A stretch of 64,000 bases of DNA, taken from Curvularia clavata (lineage: Eukaryota). Each line of letters starts with the position of its first letter. Position 1 is the stretch's first letter. The DNA lies in NCBI GenBank assembly GCA_023920165.1, contig CP089277.1:1054001-1118000 (forward strand), in the 5' to 3' direction. The position numbers and the translations under genes are program-made. Of this stretch, positions 47,217-60,369 are shown in pieces. Below the pieces are notes generated by a model. The model made no database searches. It was not told the DNA's origin and saw only the letters and a program-made list of their open reading frames with translations.

Positions 47217-47993
47217 ATGGCTGCAAACAAAGCCTTTCCATCAATAACAGGCGGCTGTCTCTGTGACACAATCCGCTACCGCCTCCTCACCTCCCCCCTC
47301 TTCTGCTACGCCTGCCACTGCACAGAATGCCGCACCTTCACTGGCAGCGCATTCAGCCTTGTTCTCAAGATAGAAATGTACAATATCAAAGTCATATCGC
47401 CTACGCTACCGACGTTCTTCAAGTCGCAGAAGCAGCGTGGCATTGTTGTGCAGCAAGCTGAATGCCCAAAATGCCACGTGCACCTATGGAGCACGAATGG
47501 AGTAAAAGGCGAAGAGGCTGTGTATGAGGTTCGGGTTGGTACGTTGGATTTTGCGGAGCTCATGGAACCGGATGTACATATATTTGTACAGAATAAGTTG
47601 GAATGGGTCATTTTGCCAGAAAGTGCACGCACGCTGCCGAGGGGGGTTGATATGAGAAAGTTCTGGCCGAAGAGCAGTTTGGCAAGACTCGAGAAGAGTC
47701 AGAGATGGGCTGCTGAAGTGAAGAAGAGGGGACATACTGCTTTGGTGGATTCAAGGGGGGTTGCAAATACCACGGAAGAGGGGGGTGTAGATGATGCAGG
47801 TGGAGAGGGAGACAAGACGCCAACTGCTCTAGAATTCAGCAACGAGGACGACGAGGAGTTTGAGAAGAAGGTCAAAGAGAAAGAGAGACTTTTGCTAGAG
47901 CGGCTGGAGAAACTTCGACTCAAATTGGATGAGGAAGAGACCTCAAAGACAGCGCATACTAATACTGAATCGGCGGACTCTGATCCAAAATGA
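47217..47993 (+). CDS. GFA/CENP-V (Mss4-like) zinc-binding protein with acidic, coiled-coil C-terminus
   Basis: TGGCLCDTIRY, YACHCTECRTFTGSAF, ECPKC, VRVGTLD..PDVHIF..KLEWV. Confidence 0.88.
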   Translation: MAANKAFPSITGGCLCDTIRYRLLTSPLFCYACHCTECRTFTGSAFSLVLKIEMYNIKVISPTLPTFFKSQKQRGIVVQQAECPKCHVHLWSTNGVKGEEAVYEVRVGTLDFAELMEPDVHIFVQNKLEWVILPESARTLPRGVDMRKFWPKSSLARLEKSQRWAAEVKKRGHTALVDSRGVANTTEEGGVDDAGGEGDKTPTALEFSNEDDEEFEKKVKEKERLLLERLEKLRLKLDEEETSKTAHTNTESADSDPK

Positions 47994-48117
47994 GCACGTC
48001 AGTCTGCAAGAGAACGGCTAGAGAATGAGCACTCAACATAACAACCAATAATGCGAAAGCTCGTGTCCCAAATCTTTTGAAGATTGAGCAATAATGATCT
48101 ACATAATGTACATGCCT

Positions 48118-49680
48118 CTAAGCGGTCGCGCTCTTGAACGCATTCCGTACAGGCAAAAGTGTCGGTATGCTACTCTTCAATGTAGGTGCTGCCTCATGGC
48201 TTGATTGCAAGCCTTTGTTCGCTTGCAAAACCTCCATGATGCGTCCGACGTCGTTACTCTTTTCAATCTCAAACTCCTCAGCCGAGAGCAACAAAGTCTC
48301 TCCTCGCGCCCTGTTGATCTCTAGCGGCTCGTGTTCAATGGGCTCAGGCCATTGACCGGCCGCATAGAGAGCGTCTTGCATGTCTGCCCATTGTACCGAA
48401 ACACCATTCAGCGTGTAAGGCTTGACCGGGGGTTTCTTGAGGCCCTTTGGGAGAACTGAGCGAGCAATATAGTGATCACGAGATTCGGCCTGGGCCTTGG
48501 CGTCAAAGGCCGCTTCGAGAGTTGCAATCTCATCTTGCTGTTGAGCAAGGAGTTGAGCATCCATCTCAAGGTCTGACGCGGATCGGGTGGGGTCTGGGTT
48601 CTGAAGTGCCTCCTCTAGGACTCGCGCTTGGGACCTCAATTCGTCTAACTTGGCCTCCGCACCCGGCTCATTAGCAGGCGCCGCCTTTTTGGAAAGATCG
48701 TCTTGTATCTTCTTAAACTGCTCTGCTTTTCTGATTGCATACTGCAACTTCCGTAACCGAGTTTCGAGGGCTTCCTTGGTGGCCTTTAGGCTCTTCTGAT
48801 CGGCTTCACTCTGGTGGTGCTTCATCTTGAGCTTCAAGTCCATTGATCTTATTTGTCCCTGGAGCCACTTGACATTGTCTGTTGGCTTTTCCTTGGCCAG
48901 GCTTGCGTTGGCTAGGGCGTCGATTTGTTCCCAACGCTTATCCAGCACAGCGGTCGCCTTTTGCTCGCGCTTCAAGAGCTCCTCCGCAGCCTGAATACCG
49001 TGCTCTTCTTGTATCCGTAGTACCTCAGCTAGGTCAGCGCTCGTGTTGGCCCGCTGGTCCATGATCTTCGTAATCCGCTGCTTGCGATCCATGGAGATCA
49101 TCTCTGGGTTCGTCTTGTCCCAGGCGGTCTCGTGTAGTTTCCGGAACTCACGCAGCTTACGATAGGCATTGTGTCCCTGAGCAGGAGTGGGGAAGGTTAC
49201 GACACAGTGAGGGACCCATTCGTCTGGGCGCAGAGCAGGCGGCTTCGAGTGCTTGCCAATGAAGGGGAGTTGGTCGAGGTGGTGGTTCTGGAGACAATCA
49301 ACAGCCAATCAATGCATTGAGTGCGAGCAGCATACGTCTAGGAGTTCCTGGAGAGAGTAGATGATCTGGTTTGTCTTTGTGTTGCGAAAAATGTAAATTA
49401 TCTCGCCATGTTTGGCCGTGCCTTCCGGGTCTACCACATCCCGCAGGGTGTAGGGCTTAATGGGCGCATTTACATGCTGTCCTGTCGGCTGGCGCCTTGC
49501 CTTTTCGTTGACAACGGTCTGCAAGCGAAGATGCTGAGGGTTGGACTGGCGTTGGACATAGGCGGCGACTCGCTTCTGAAGCAGTTCCTCGTGGGCCGGT
49601 GTTATGCGTTTCGCTACGGGAGCAAATGAGATAGGCTTCACCGGCGGCTTGTACCGGAGCCGGGCGAGTGAGCGAGGCAT
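48118..49680 (-). CDS. MHR1: Mhr1/mL67-family mitochondrial protein with long coiled-coil extension; intron 49335-49288
   Basis: HGEIIYIFRNTKTNQIIYSL, LPFIGKHSKPPALRPDEWVP, GHNAYRKLREFRKLHETAW, IMDQRANTSADLA. Confidence 0.82.
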
Positions 49681-50027
49681 GGCCGCAGGGTGGGTGGTGA
49701 TGCCAATTGACCAGCAGACTGACCAGCGATGGGGTCGGTCATGGATGCAAAGATGCGAGAATCATTTGGCGCACGGGCCCGTTCGCCGTTTCGCTGTCTC
49801 CCGCTGTGTCGCGGAACGCCAGGGTCATCTCCGCCTGCTAATAGCGACAGCTCCCTGTATCCTTGATCACAGCCAACCTCAACATTTACTATGGGCTGCG
49901 CGGATGCCGTTACTGATGCGCCTGCTTGCCTGTTCCCGCCCTCGTCCTCCTCCTTCCATGCTGCACCCATGAGACGCTCTCAAGATTCACATCCCATCTG
50001 CCTGCCTCTGCGACAAGCTACGTAACC

Positions 50028-52018
50028 ATGGCCGGCGATCCGTTCCAGACGGCTGGCCAGCCCGACTCTCCTCCACCACGCGAGCGCCCGTGGTTGCTAC
50101 CATACGTTTGTTTTCCATTTGGTGCCAATGGAAGACGTCGCTGACTGAAGCCCAGAACCGCAAGCTCAGGCATCTACAAGGCATCTCCATTCGCAATCTC
50201 ACTCTCACAGCCGGTCCCTCCAAGCCACGCGGCAAGACCATCGATGATGAAGCCATCCCGAGTACCTTCAAGTCTCCTGCAAAGGCTCTTGCATTGCGTG
50301 AGAGCAGGGGATTAACACATTCCTGGTCATCGAGCGACCTCACTTCTCCCGACGATGCTGGTCGGCGCAGCAATGGCGGCTTGCGCGAGCCAAAGACTCC
50401 CCAGAAGACAACGCGTCCAGCGTATGGTACGGGATTGAGAAGGCGCTCTACAATGGAGTGGACCAATGCGAGTCCACTGACCCGCCAGAAGAAGCTAGAA
50501 GACATTACTGCCGTGCGCATGGCCGACACCTTCTTTTCTCTGCACGTTGAGCATCAGCCGGATCCAGTGTATGTTTCTGAAATTGCCGAAAAGGCCATGA
50601 ATCCAAATTTCAAGTTCTTCGATCTTGGTCCCAGTGGGCCAGGCGTCACGCGACTGGATACACTCAACGTAAAAGTATGGGCAAAGAGCGAGACAATGCA
50701 GACTTGGCAGTACTTGTTAGACTATACCGTGCAGTTTCGTTCGCTCCAATTCATTGGAAAGACTCTGGGAAGATTCAGACACCCACTTCCTCAGAATTGC
50801 ATACTCTTCCACATGACGGACGGCATCTACACAAGCTTCACAGATCTACCGGTAGAGCAAAGGGCGCGGCCAGAACTCCTCGCACCGCCCAAGGAGAATC
50901 CCGATGGCAGAATCCTCCCCTCTTCCTCTTATGACGCCCTCATGAGGCTGTCCACGCTTGATGACTGCATACAAGATGCACTAATCACCCGCGATAGGAT
51001 CGCAGACGAGATTGAGAGCATCCTCATAGCTAACAAGGAGGACATATTTACAGTAGAGTCGGTGGCTGAGACGCAAGAAAACATACGGACAATGGAGGCT
51101 GCGGTGACGACGGAAAAGCGCCGTGTCGCTGCTGCACGAAGAAAGCATGACGAGCTGCAAGCCAATATTCAAGACCGCAAAGAGAAGATGAGGTCTGGGC
51201 GCGAACGGCAGCTACAGGCAGAGAGTGAAATCTCTGAGCAACAGTTGAAGGATACCCAGACCAAGCAGCTCCTCGAGAGGACGGGAGAGGACATTACCGG
51301 ACAAAGACGAAGGGTCTGCGAAGACTTACTGAGGATATTTCCCATCGAGCCTGTACCTGGCAAAGCTCTTACCTTCACGATCCGGGGATTGATATTACCA
51401 AATTCCATGTTTGAGGACGCAAAGGAAGACGTTACCTCTGCAGCACTAGGCTATGTGGCCCAGGTTGTCAGTCTGCTTTCGCCTTACCTTTCGGTCATTC
51501 TGCCGTACCCGATCACATTGAATGGCTCAACGTCGACCATCGATGATCCACTAGCCATTTCGCAAAATCAACAGAACCAGCAACGAACTTACCCCCTGTA
51601 TATGAAAAACGTCGTAAGGTATCGCTTCGAGTATGGCGTGTTTCTTCTCAACAAAAACATTGAAATCCTCTCCAACTCGCTGGGGCTACGACCACTCGAC
51701 ATTCGCCATACATTGCCGAACCTCAAGTATTTGCTGTACGTGGCGACTGCTGGCAAAGGCGAGCTGCCAGCGCGGAAAGCGGGCGGCATCAAAGGGTTGC
51801 TGCGACAGGATGGTGCTCTCTCTAGGAAAGGGAGCATGGATAGCACAGTTACCGTGAGTAGCCTCGGCACGCCCACGACCGAGGTGAAGAAGAGCCTGGA
51901 GATTGCTGGGAAAAAATTGGACCAAGTCAAGGCCAATGGTGCGCCTATGTATGGTGTGGGGACAGTACAGTATAAGACTAACACGCATTCTGGAAGCCGG
52001 CTCAGACCTTCCGAATAA
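50028..52018 (+). CDS. VPS38: UVRAG/Vps38-like PI3K complex subunit; intron ~50106-50155
   Basis: RERPWLLPY|NRKLRHLQGISIRNL, SYDALMRLSTLDDCIQDA, coiled coil, SAALGYVAQ, RFEYGVFLLNKNIE, DIRHTLPNL. Confidence 0.85.
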
Positions 52019-52734
52019 GGCTTGACTGGCCTGTATTGGATCCATGTTGTACGATGCGTATGTATGTAGCGAGACCGGGCTGGTGGTTCTTCCGCGTGCA
52101 TCACAGAAGGGGCAGACTGCCCATGACGCTAGGGTGGGCGTTTGGTATTAGGTCGTTCCACGATGTCGTCGCTTTTCGCCCGTAGTATTAATAGTAATAA
52201 TCACCCTGTACTCTGGTCTTTGATCCTTTCACATGCGTACACCACATGCGCCAGAAATACGGGACTGTCGCGGACCGGGCCTCGTTCTAGATTGCAACAC
52301 CATCCATCCCCTAGCCTTGATCTCCGCTGTAATCCATCTCACCTAATACATGCATGCACCTTCGAAGGGCCTTCTGACGAAGTTGGTGCTGACATAAACC
52401 CTCACCCCAGCCATCATTGGGAGGCAGATCGACATCAGAGATCCTTCACACGACACGCGATGATCGTGAGCCCCACTCTTATGGCTGGGCAGGGAGGGCT
52501 TGTGAGCTTTGGGAAATGAAGCGCACCAGACCTCTTTTTTTGTTTACACTGTCTGTGCCCACTGCACCCTTTGTACACGCTGGCGGCCTTCTTACGCCCT
52601 GCATTTTCCCCTTCTTCTTGGCATTGCCGTGACTTAGATTGTGCATACATCACTGCTGTCAAAACTCCTCCTTCCGCCGCCCTGCGCGCTACCTTGCACG
52701 ATCGTCCCTCCCGCGGCCACCTCTCTAATCGAGT

Positions 52735-54265
52735 ATGACGGAACCGTTTCCCCCGCTGAATGGCGCCCTGTCGCCCAACACCCCAGCCAACAATGCACCC
52801 AGGCGGAGAAGGAAATCTAGCGGGCTCGGCGCTGATGTGCCTGGCGATGTCGATGTGGGTGCATTCGCGACACAGCGGCCTGGCACTCCTCCACTGAACA
52901 GCCCAGTGACAATGGACTCTGTGGGTAGCCATTGCAGTACGCCACGGATATTCACCATTTACTAACCGCTTGACAGAAGTCAGACAAATTCCCACGACGT
53001 TCGAAGCGAAAGACTACTCGCGGCTACATATCCAAAGCGAAGCGTATGTGCATACGACACACCTGGCTGCTTCCCCTCGTACTCGGCCTCGCCGTCATAT
53101 CTGCGTACCTCGTCTACCCCTACTCCTCGAATCCCGTGTCCGCCTGTCTCTTCCTGTCATACCCACTCGCGCGAGATGACCCTCTCATTCCTGCTCATGT
53201 GCGAGAGGACCCCAATGCACCTCTACACTACGGCAAAGGCGGGCGGGACTTTGCCTTTGTCGGCTTCTACATCATCGTTCTTAGCTTTACCCGAGAGTTC
53301 TGCATGCAACGATTGATCCGCCCTATTGCCATACACTTTGGAATCAGAAACAGAGACAAGCAGTCCCGCTTCATGGAACAGGCCTACACCGCCCTCTACT
53401 TTGCCATCTACGGGCCCTTTGGCGTCTGGGTCATGTCGCGCACTCCCGTTTGGTACTTCAATCCCATCGGCATGTACGAAGGCTTTCCCCACCGAACGCA
53501 CGAAGCCATTGTCAAGGCCTACTACCTCCTCCAGGCCAGCTACTGGGCGCAACAGGCCATTGTGCTGTTGCTGATGCTCGAGAAGCCAAGAAAGGATTTC
53601 AAAGAGCTGGTTGCACATCACATCATTACTGTGAGCTTGATCTGGCTAAGCTACAGGTTCCACTTTACATACATGGGCATTGCCGTCTACATTACGCACG
53701 ACATTTCCGACTTCTTCTTGGCCGTAAGTCCCAGTTCCCCTTTCGGTTACTGAGTTCAAGTATGCTAATGTGAATGTAGACATCCAAGTGCCTGAACTAT
53801 ATCGACTCGCCCATCGTCGGTCCCTATTTCTTCGTCTTCATGGTCGTCTGGGGCTACACTCGCCACTACATCAATCTCAAGATTATCTGGTCCATCCTCA
53901 CCACCTTCAAGACCGTCGGCCCCTTTGAGCTTAACTGGGAGACCCAGCAATACAAGTGCTGGATCAGCCAATACATTACGTTCGCCCTGCTGGCCTCGCT
54001 GCAAGCCGTCAACCTCTTCTGGTGGTTCTTCATCTGCAGAATTGCATACCGCTTTGTCGTGTACAAGGACGCCGACGACGACCGCAGCGAATACTCAGCG
54101 ACAGAGGAAGAGATTGAGGAGAAGGAGGCGCTGCTGAAGGAGGAGGTAGACGAGCAGATGGAGAAAATTGAACAGGCACCCGCGACCCCGGCTACCGGAG
54201 CTGCGCCTGTGGACCAAGAAACAATTGGCTCAAGGGTCAAGCAGAGGAAGAGCGGGAAACAATAA
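52735..54265 (+). CDS. LAC1: Ceramide synthase (Lag1/Lac1, TLC domain); introns ~52921-52976 and ~53724-53779
   Basis: RRRRKSS, YGKGGRDFAFVGFY, RFMEQAY, EKPRKDFKELVAHH, HDISDFFLA. Confidence 0.9.
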
Positions 54266-55052
54266 TAATGGGCTGAGGGATACAATGGACCGGGCATTTC
54301 CCCTCCTCTTTCAGAGGTGGGAGTTTGTTTCTCTTCTCCAAGGTAAAGGACTGTTGAGCGTTGAACAGCTCCAGGGGTTTTACGTGGATTCTAACGGTGC
54401 TTGGATATTGCGACGCAACCGTCTTCTTTTAATTTCCATTCGCTTCAGTTCGCTGTAGGGTTGATACGATTGTACATGCGGGCAGGGAAATAATTGCCCC
54501 ATGCTCTCTTCTTCGACGGATGAGATTGTTCAAATTAACGTAATGACGGGTGTAGTATAATAGCGTATATGTATCATAAGTGTAAGACATTTTCATACAC
54601 ACACTCTCGACTTTGCATGTTGTGCATAACATGACGTGATGTTGTACATCTCGGTACTCGAGTAGTGGATGTAGGCTCCACGAGTTTCAAACGAGAAGTC
54701 CTACGACATTCACATATACGTATGCGGAATTTCATGAGAGAACTTGAGTTAACGCAGGAAATAACAACAAAGTCTATTATCCAGTCCTAGTAAACTTGCA
54801 ACCGAAAGGCCCAGAAAAGTAAAGAAGAGACCATGCTGCAATGCCGCAAGAAGTCTAGAAAGATCCATCTATACCGCCATATTACTCCCAAGACATGTGT
54901 TCAGGTAGAGGTAAAGGGTAGCGACAGACGCACTCGTCGAGTGTAGCAATCACCCATTCTAGGTGGTTGCCACACTCCGAGTCGGAAAAAAAAAATAGAG
55001 AAGTGTAGTGTAATGTCAAGGAGGGGTATCGTGAAGAAGGGTCGTCATAAAA

Positions 55053-55351
55053 TTAAACAATAAGCAGCTTCTCAACGTTGCTGCCTGCACTGCGCTCGCT
55101 CATGCGGTTCCATGCGGCGTACGTGAGAGCGCCACAGGCGACCCAGGCGAGGGGGACGGCGGCTTCGGCGGCGTCTGGGAAGATTGTTAGTGAACGGCCG
55201 GTAAAGTAGTGGGTGATGTGTAGGAGGACGTACTAGGGCGCTCAGCCTGTGCAGCCATTTCCATCATGCGGGCTGCGCTGCTCGATGTGCTGGACGAGTT
55301 GAAGCGCTTGGCGGCGAAAGTAGGGGCGCGGGTGAAGAGGCGGGCGAACAT
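55053..55351 (-). CDS. Candidate 79-aa mitochondrial single-pass membrane microprotein; intron 55233-55175
   Basis: MFARLFTRAPTFAAKRFNSS..AERP|NAAEAAVPLAWVACGALTYAAWNRMSERSAGSNVEKLLIV*; GTACGT..CTAAC..CAG intron keeps the frame; TATA-like element at ~55628-55636. Confidence 0.75.
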
Positions 55352-56524
55352 GGTTGCGTTTGAAGGTTTCTTGTTGTCGTTGAACGGTGGATAGTTGATG
55401 TAAGAGAACTCAAAGTTGAGGCTGGAGTAGCGACGAGTGTGGTATGACTGGTTTTGGTCTGCTGAGTCGAGGTCGGAGTGTGTACAACGGCCACGTGTGA
55501 CTTGAAAGTGAACGGGTTCAACGGCGCTTGAGATAGAAGCGTTTGAAGCGGACTTCGTTTGAACGAAAGTGAATGCGTGTGAGCAAGAGAGTGAGAGAGG
55601 CAAAGTCCCAAAAGAGGTGATGGTGGTTTATATAAAGAAAGTGGGCCTTGTTTAAGCCAAAGGAATGTTGTTGTGGGTACACGGGTAAAAAAGAGTTAAA
55701 GGAGGCAAAGCGAAGCGGCGAAGGAAGAAATTTCAGGGGCGGTGAGCGATCCGTGCCAGGGGGGCGCGGCGCCGCAAAACAAGCGCCCGAGAAGGGGGAA
55801 AACAGAAATTATGGGCCTAAAACTTGGGGTTGCGGGGGTGCATGGACCCTCTTGTGTTGCCCTACAGAGTTTCTCTCAGATTGTCTGGATGCTTTTGCCA
55901 AAGAAGCAATATACAACATTTCAGAGTTACAAACAACGCAAAGATGAGGCTCTCCGAGTCTCGTCCGGCAACGCAGCTAAAAAAGGAACCCTGCGCGTCA
56001 GGTCAGCACGCCACGGTAGCCTGGTCTTCTAGACGAATCTACCGAGAAATAGCCTGTTGCCACGCACTTTGTGAGCCTCAACAGTAGCTCCAGGGCCAAC
56101 CAGCCGGCAGTCCCGAGACTGGACTAACCACTGGTATTGCGTGGGGTGAGGCCTACGACCTAAAGTCGAATGATCCTGTAGCGTGACATACCTCGCACCG
56201 GCCATCATGTCGTTGACCCTATCCTGGGACATTTGGGCGGTGAAACTCCGTTGACGCTCTGCTACGCTTCATGAAATTGTTCCTGTGGGAAGAATTGTAT
56301 TCTGGGTGTGGTATCAAAGACCAGGATATTCATTCAAAAGTGGTGTGTGCGCCTTGCAAATGCTTGACAAAATCCCAACCCCAATGCAATACATCATCCG
56401 ATCCAAGAATGCGAGCCAATCCCCGGAATTTACGTGTCAGATCCCTAGAATATGATACAACAAGTCGTACACAAAAAGAAAGTAGAAAACAAAAAGAAAG
56501 CGTGTGTCACAGGGCAATGACAGG

Positions 56525-59500
56525 TTACACCCTTGCAGCACTGGGCGAAGGAGTATTGCGAGATTGCGCATACTGGCTCTGCATCCACTCTTGCCTGATC
56601 TTCGAAATGTCTCTGTCGTTCGATGGGTTGTACGACCTCCAAGTATCTACGGGAAGATACTGCGCCACCTGCTCGTAATGCCGAACTTTCTGAGCAATGT
56701 ATTGCTCTTCCTTTTCAATCTCCTCGACTTCCATTGCTGTTTTGGACCGAGGAGTAGGTGTGGCACGGAAGGGTCTCATAATCTCACGCAGTTCCTCATC
56801 TGACGATGATATTTGCGCTTTGATGTAGGCCAGTGCCAATGGCGATGTCATGTCGGAGCCCGAGAGAGTGTTGATAATGGGCGTGCGGGGCGTGTAGGCA
56901 TGTGTGTATTGCTGGGGTCGTGGTTGAGAAGTTGGCTTAACCGAGGGCTTCAACTGCGCTTGCTTGCCCTTGTCGAGAAGCGCCATGATATTCAGGCTCT
57001 CACCGTGCGGTATCGCTTCCTTGTTACTGGGTGTGATGCAGTCCATGTCGACTTCCTTCCGCAAGACGTGGTCAATGTCGACAGCAGAGAAATAGGCACA
57101 AGACTGAGGGAGTTCGTTGATGCCCATTTGCTGTGCGAACATGGCCCGTGTCCATACATTCGCCACTTGCAGCGCCATGGCTACCTTGTACTTGTCTTTC
57201 TCTTTCGCAAGATACCTGATCTCATCGTGCACAGTAATGGCGAGACGGCAGTTGAGATTGTAGCGACGTGTGAGATAGTCCATGGATACAATCAGGAGAT
57301 GGAGGTAGTCCACGCCAGAAGATTGAATAGCCCAATTGATCCGAGAAGTCATGAAACCGCCTTTGGAAAGATACCGTCGCTGTAGCGCCTCAGTAATGGC
57401 AGCCCCAAGCACTGGCGTCCTCGGTCTCTCTTGCTCGGCAAAATCTTCCAGTCTGTTGAAAACAAAAGATTCGGTACCGCCACGCCAAAATGTCCTCTCA
57501 TGTAGCGCTTTTCGCGTCGTCTTTTTCCCTTTTGTGTTTTGATACAGGTCGTTTGCTGTCTTGGAAGTTTCTGCATCAGTCAAAGACGGATTGAACTGCC
57601 GCAGCAGGGTCGAAGCGAATTGCAACCCCGCACCATAAATACGACCGTAGTTGAACACTTTGGCATCGTTCCTGGAAATGCCTAAGATAGAAGCTGTCCG
57701 GGAATGCAGATCGGTGCCTGCCGCTTTAGTGCCCTCTAGGGTCATGAAGCCAACAGCATTACCCCCATGCAGTTTGAAAGTTGCATCTCCAATCAGACTG
57801 GCGATCCACAGCTCCTGCGAGTCGACGTCGGCCCCGACAAAGCAGTAACCTTTTGGCGCCCGTACCATGGACTTGAGTTCTGAGCCAACCCGGTTCTTCT
57901 TGGCATTGCTCGCTGTTAGCCACGTATTCTCAACCGACCGCCTAGTAATGGTACCCATGGGGATAATTTGTGGTAGTATAAAGCCGACTTTGGACTTCGC
58001 GCCCGTACCGGAGGACGAGGAGAGCTTCGGTGAATTGGTTGCTTCCTTGTTGTAGACAACCATTTGCGACATGATTCGGTCCCGTGCACTGATCCAATAC
58101 GAGCATGAGGCATTCATCTCTAATGCCTCTTTGGCATAAGCGTATTCTGAGCCTAGTTTCCCCTTCTCAAAGTATTGTAGATAACCCTTGGCGAGTGGGT
58201 TGCTACACCTTGCAAGCGGACCATCCTTGTGTGGAATCTTAAAATACGCGTGTTCAGTATCGTCGCGCAGCTTCAAGTTCTCTTCTCGTGACATGTCCAA
58301 TTCCTTGATTCCTTTCTCATTGTAGGCAGAGACATCTGCCATGGGCACTCGGTATGTCCATCCATATGTGTCTGACCAGAACAAGGGGTAACCGTCCCAA
58401 GCCAGCCTTAGCAGTATTGGTGTTATTCGCGTTCGCACAGTAAGGTTGATAGGGCCATCACTCTTGGTGAAAAGATCTTTGTACCATTTTGGCATACCTG
58501 GCTTCTTCTGTCGCGCAGCAGGCCGAGGCGGATCGCCCTTCTTCTTTCCCTTTACCATTTTCACTTCCTGGCCTGACCAGTCAAGCTGACTGAGCCAAGG
58601 GTCATTATTGTACACGTCTGGCTGATCTTTGACCTCTAGTGCCTTTTCTGTCAGACCGACCAATCTTTCTTTGACTCCGTCGTCCAGTTTGTGATATGTT
58701 GCTTCCGCGTTCTTTATGTAAGCATCCCAAGTCTCGTCCACAGGTAGTATTTCTGCGGCCAGAAACCGCAAAGCAGCAAAACTGACTGGATGTGGGCATG
58801 TCTCAGTGAAGAGCGGAAAGACCTTCTGATAAACACGATGTGTAATTTCCACGTCGGAAGCGCAGTAGTCCAGCAGCTCATCTAGCATTTCACGCACGCC
58901 TGCACGATCAAGCTCACCAAAATACTCTCTCCTTGCTTTATCAAGGGTGATGTTGCAATGGAACTCGGCCACATCCCGTAACGAGTTGATCGCACTTCTT
59001 CCCATCCAAAGCTCCTCGTCATCCGCCATTGCACCTGAATTCAGAAGCGGGGCCAGACCCGCGTTCTCTTGTGATGTAGCTGTTGTATCGCGCTTCTCTT
59101 GGCTTTTCTTGTGTTTCATCCACGAAGGACGTTGTCGTGAGCACATGCCATTAGAAGCAACATGCAGCGACATGGTATCAACAAAAGCGTTCCTGGACTG
59201 GGAGATGCTGTACTCCTCTGCTATACGAGCCCTATCGTAGCCTATATTGTGTCCAACGATGACACGGGGTGTGGAGATGTCTCCCAGGGGAATGAGATGC
59301 CGATCTGACTCTGACTCTCCGAGCAACCAGGGTGATAGCCAGGCATACCAGGCGGTTGGACTGACGGCGCATGCCATACATGCAAACGATGTCTCTTTCC
59401 ACATGACTTCGGTATCGAACGTGAGCATCGTCTCATCAGGCGCATCGACTGCTTCGGTGGTTCCGTCGCTGTTGTATTTGGTCCAGCCGCTTTGGCGCAC

Positions 59501-60032
59501 CCATCGCTTTGGTTTTGGTGGTGGATTTGCCCATGCTAACCTCTTTGCCATAGTCAAGTACGGTTCCGCGGCATCCATTCCTAGCTTGTAGAAGTGCTCG
59601 TCCAGCGACGCGCCCTGCAGTTCGGGCATGTCAAAACCGACAGGCGGGCTTTGATCCTGATTTTTTCCAAGCAAGTCATGGCGAGCAAGGTGGTCCTTGG
59701 AAAGGGCAACTAATTCGGGTGGAGGTTCAGTGCTTGCGCCGGGGAAGACTTGGTGGTGAATGTGTGAGGAAAGATGCTGAACACCAATAGGACTAAAGCG
59801 GGCTTCCGAAGGGACTAGAAATGCTTAGCGCAAGAGAGACGGCCGGGCGTACAGAAAAAGACATACCATTGAGACTGGTCTTTTTGGTGTCGCTCCCTTT
59901 GCTTTGGGATCGTGGCTGGGTTGTGGCGAGGCATCGTCGCAGCGGGGGACTAGAAAACGGCGTCTGCGCAGGCAGTGGACGGGATCGGTAGGCAGCGTTT
60001 GCGGAGAACGGCCGGGACGAGCAGCGCATCAT
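56525..60032 (-). CDS. MIP1: Mitochondrial DNA polymerase gamma; one intron near the 5' end (~59866-59815)
   Basis: Exonuclease motifs TFDTE and VGHNIGYDRAR; polymerase motifs VGADVDSQELW, RNDAKVFNYGRIYGAG, ITVHDEIRY. Confidence 0.97.
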
Positions 60033-60369
60033 CGCACCAGAATCAAATGCAGGACAGCATTTTGTCGTCGACTGACTGTGTCGCGGAGGGTATTGCGCTG
60101 TATTGCCGCACCAAAGCGTGTCGTCATGATAGTTTGGCTAACCAAAGTCTCGAATGCTTGGCGTGGTTGCATGCGCCACGCTCTCCTCTCCTCAGCCCTA
60201 CGCGGCCGGACTGCATGCACCCCCGTTGGTAATCCCTCTTCTCTGCTGCACGCCCAATCCGGCGGCCCTTGCGACACCATGCCCAGACCCCTTGCTGACC
60301 TGGCCATCGTGTCGGTGAATTACCACGCTGTCCGCCACTGCCGTCCGTTAGGTAGTCGCTTGCGCCACC

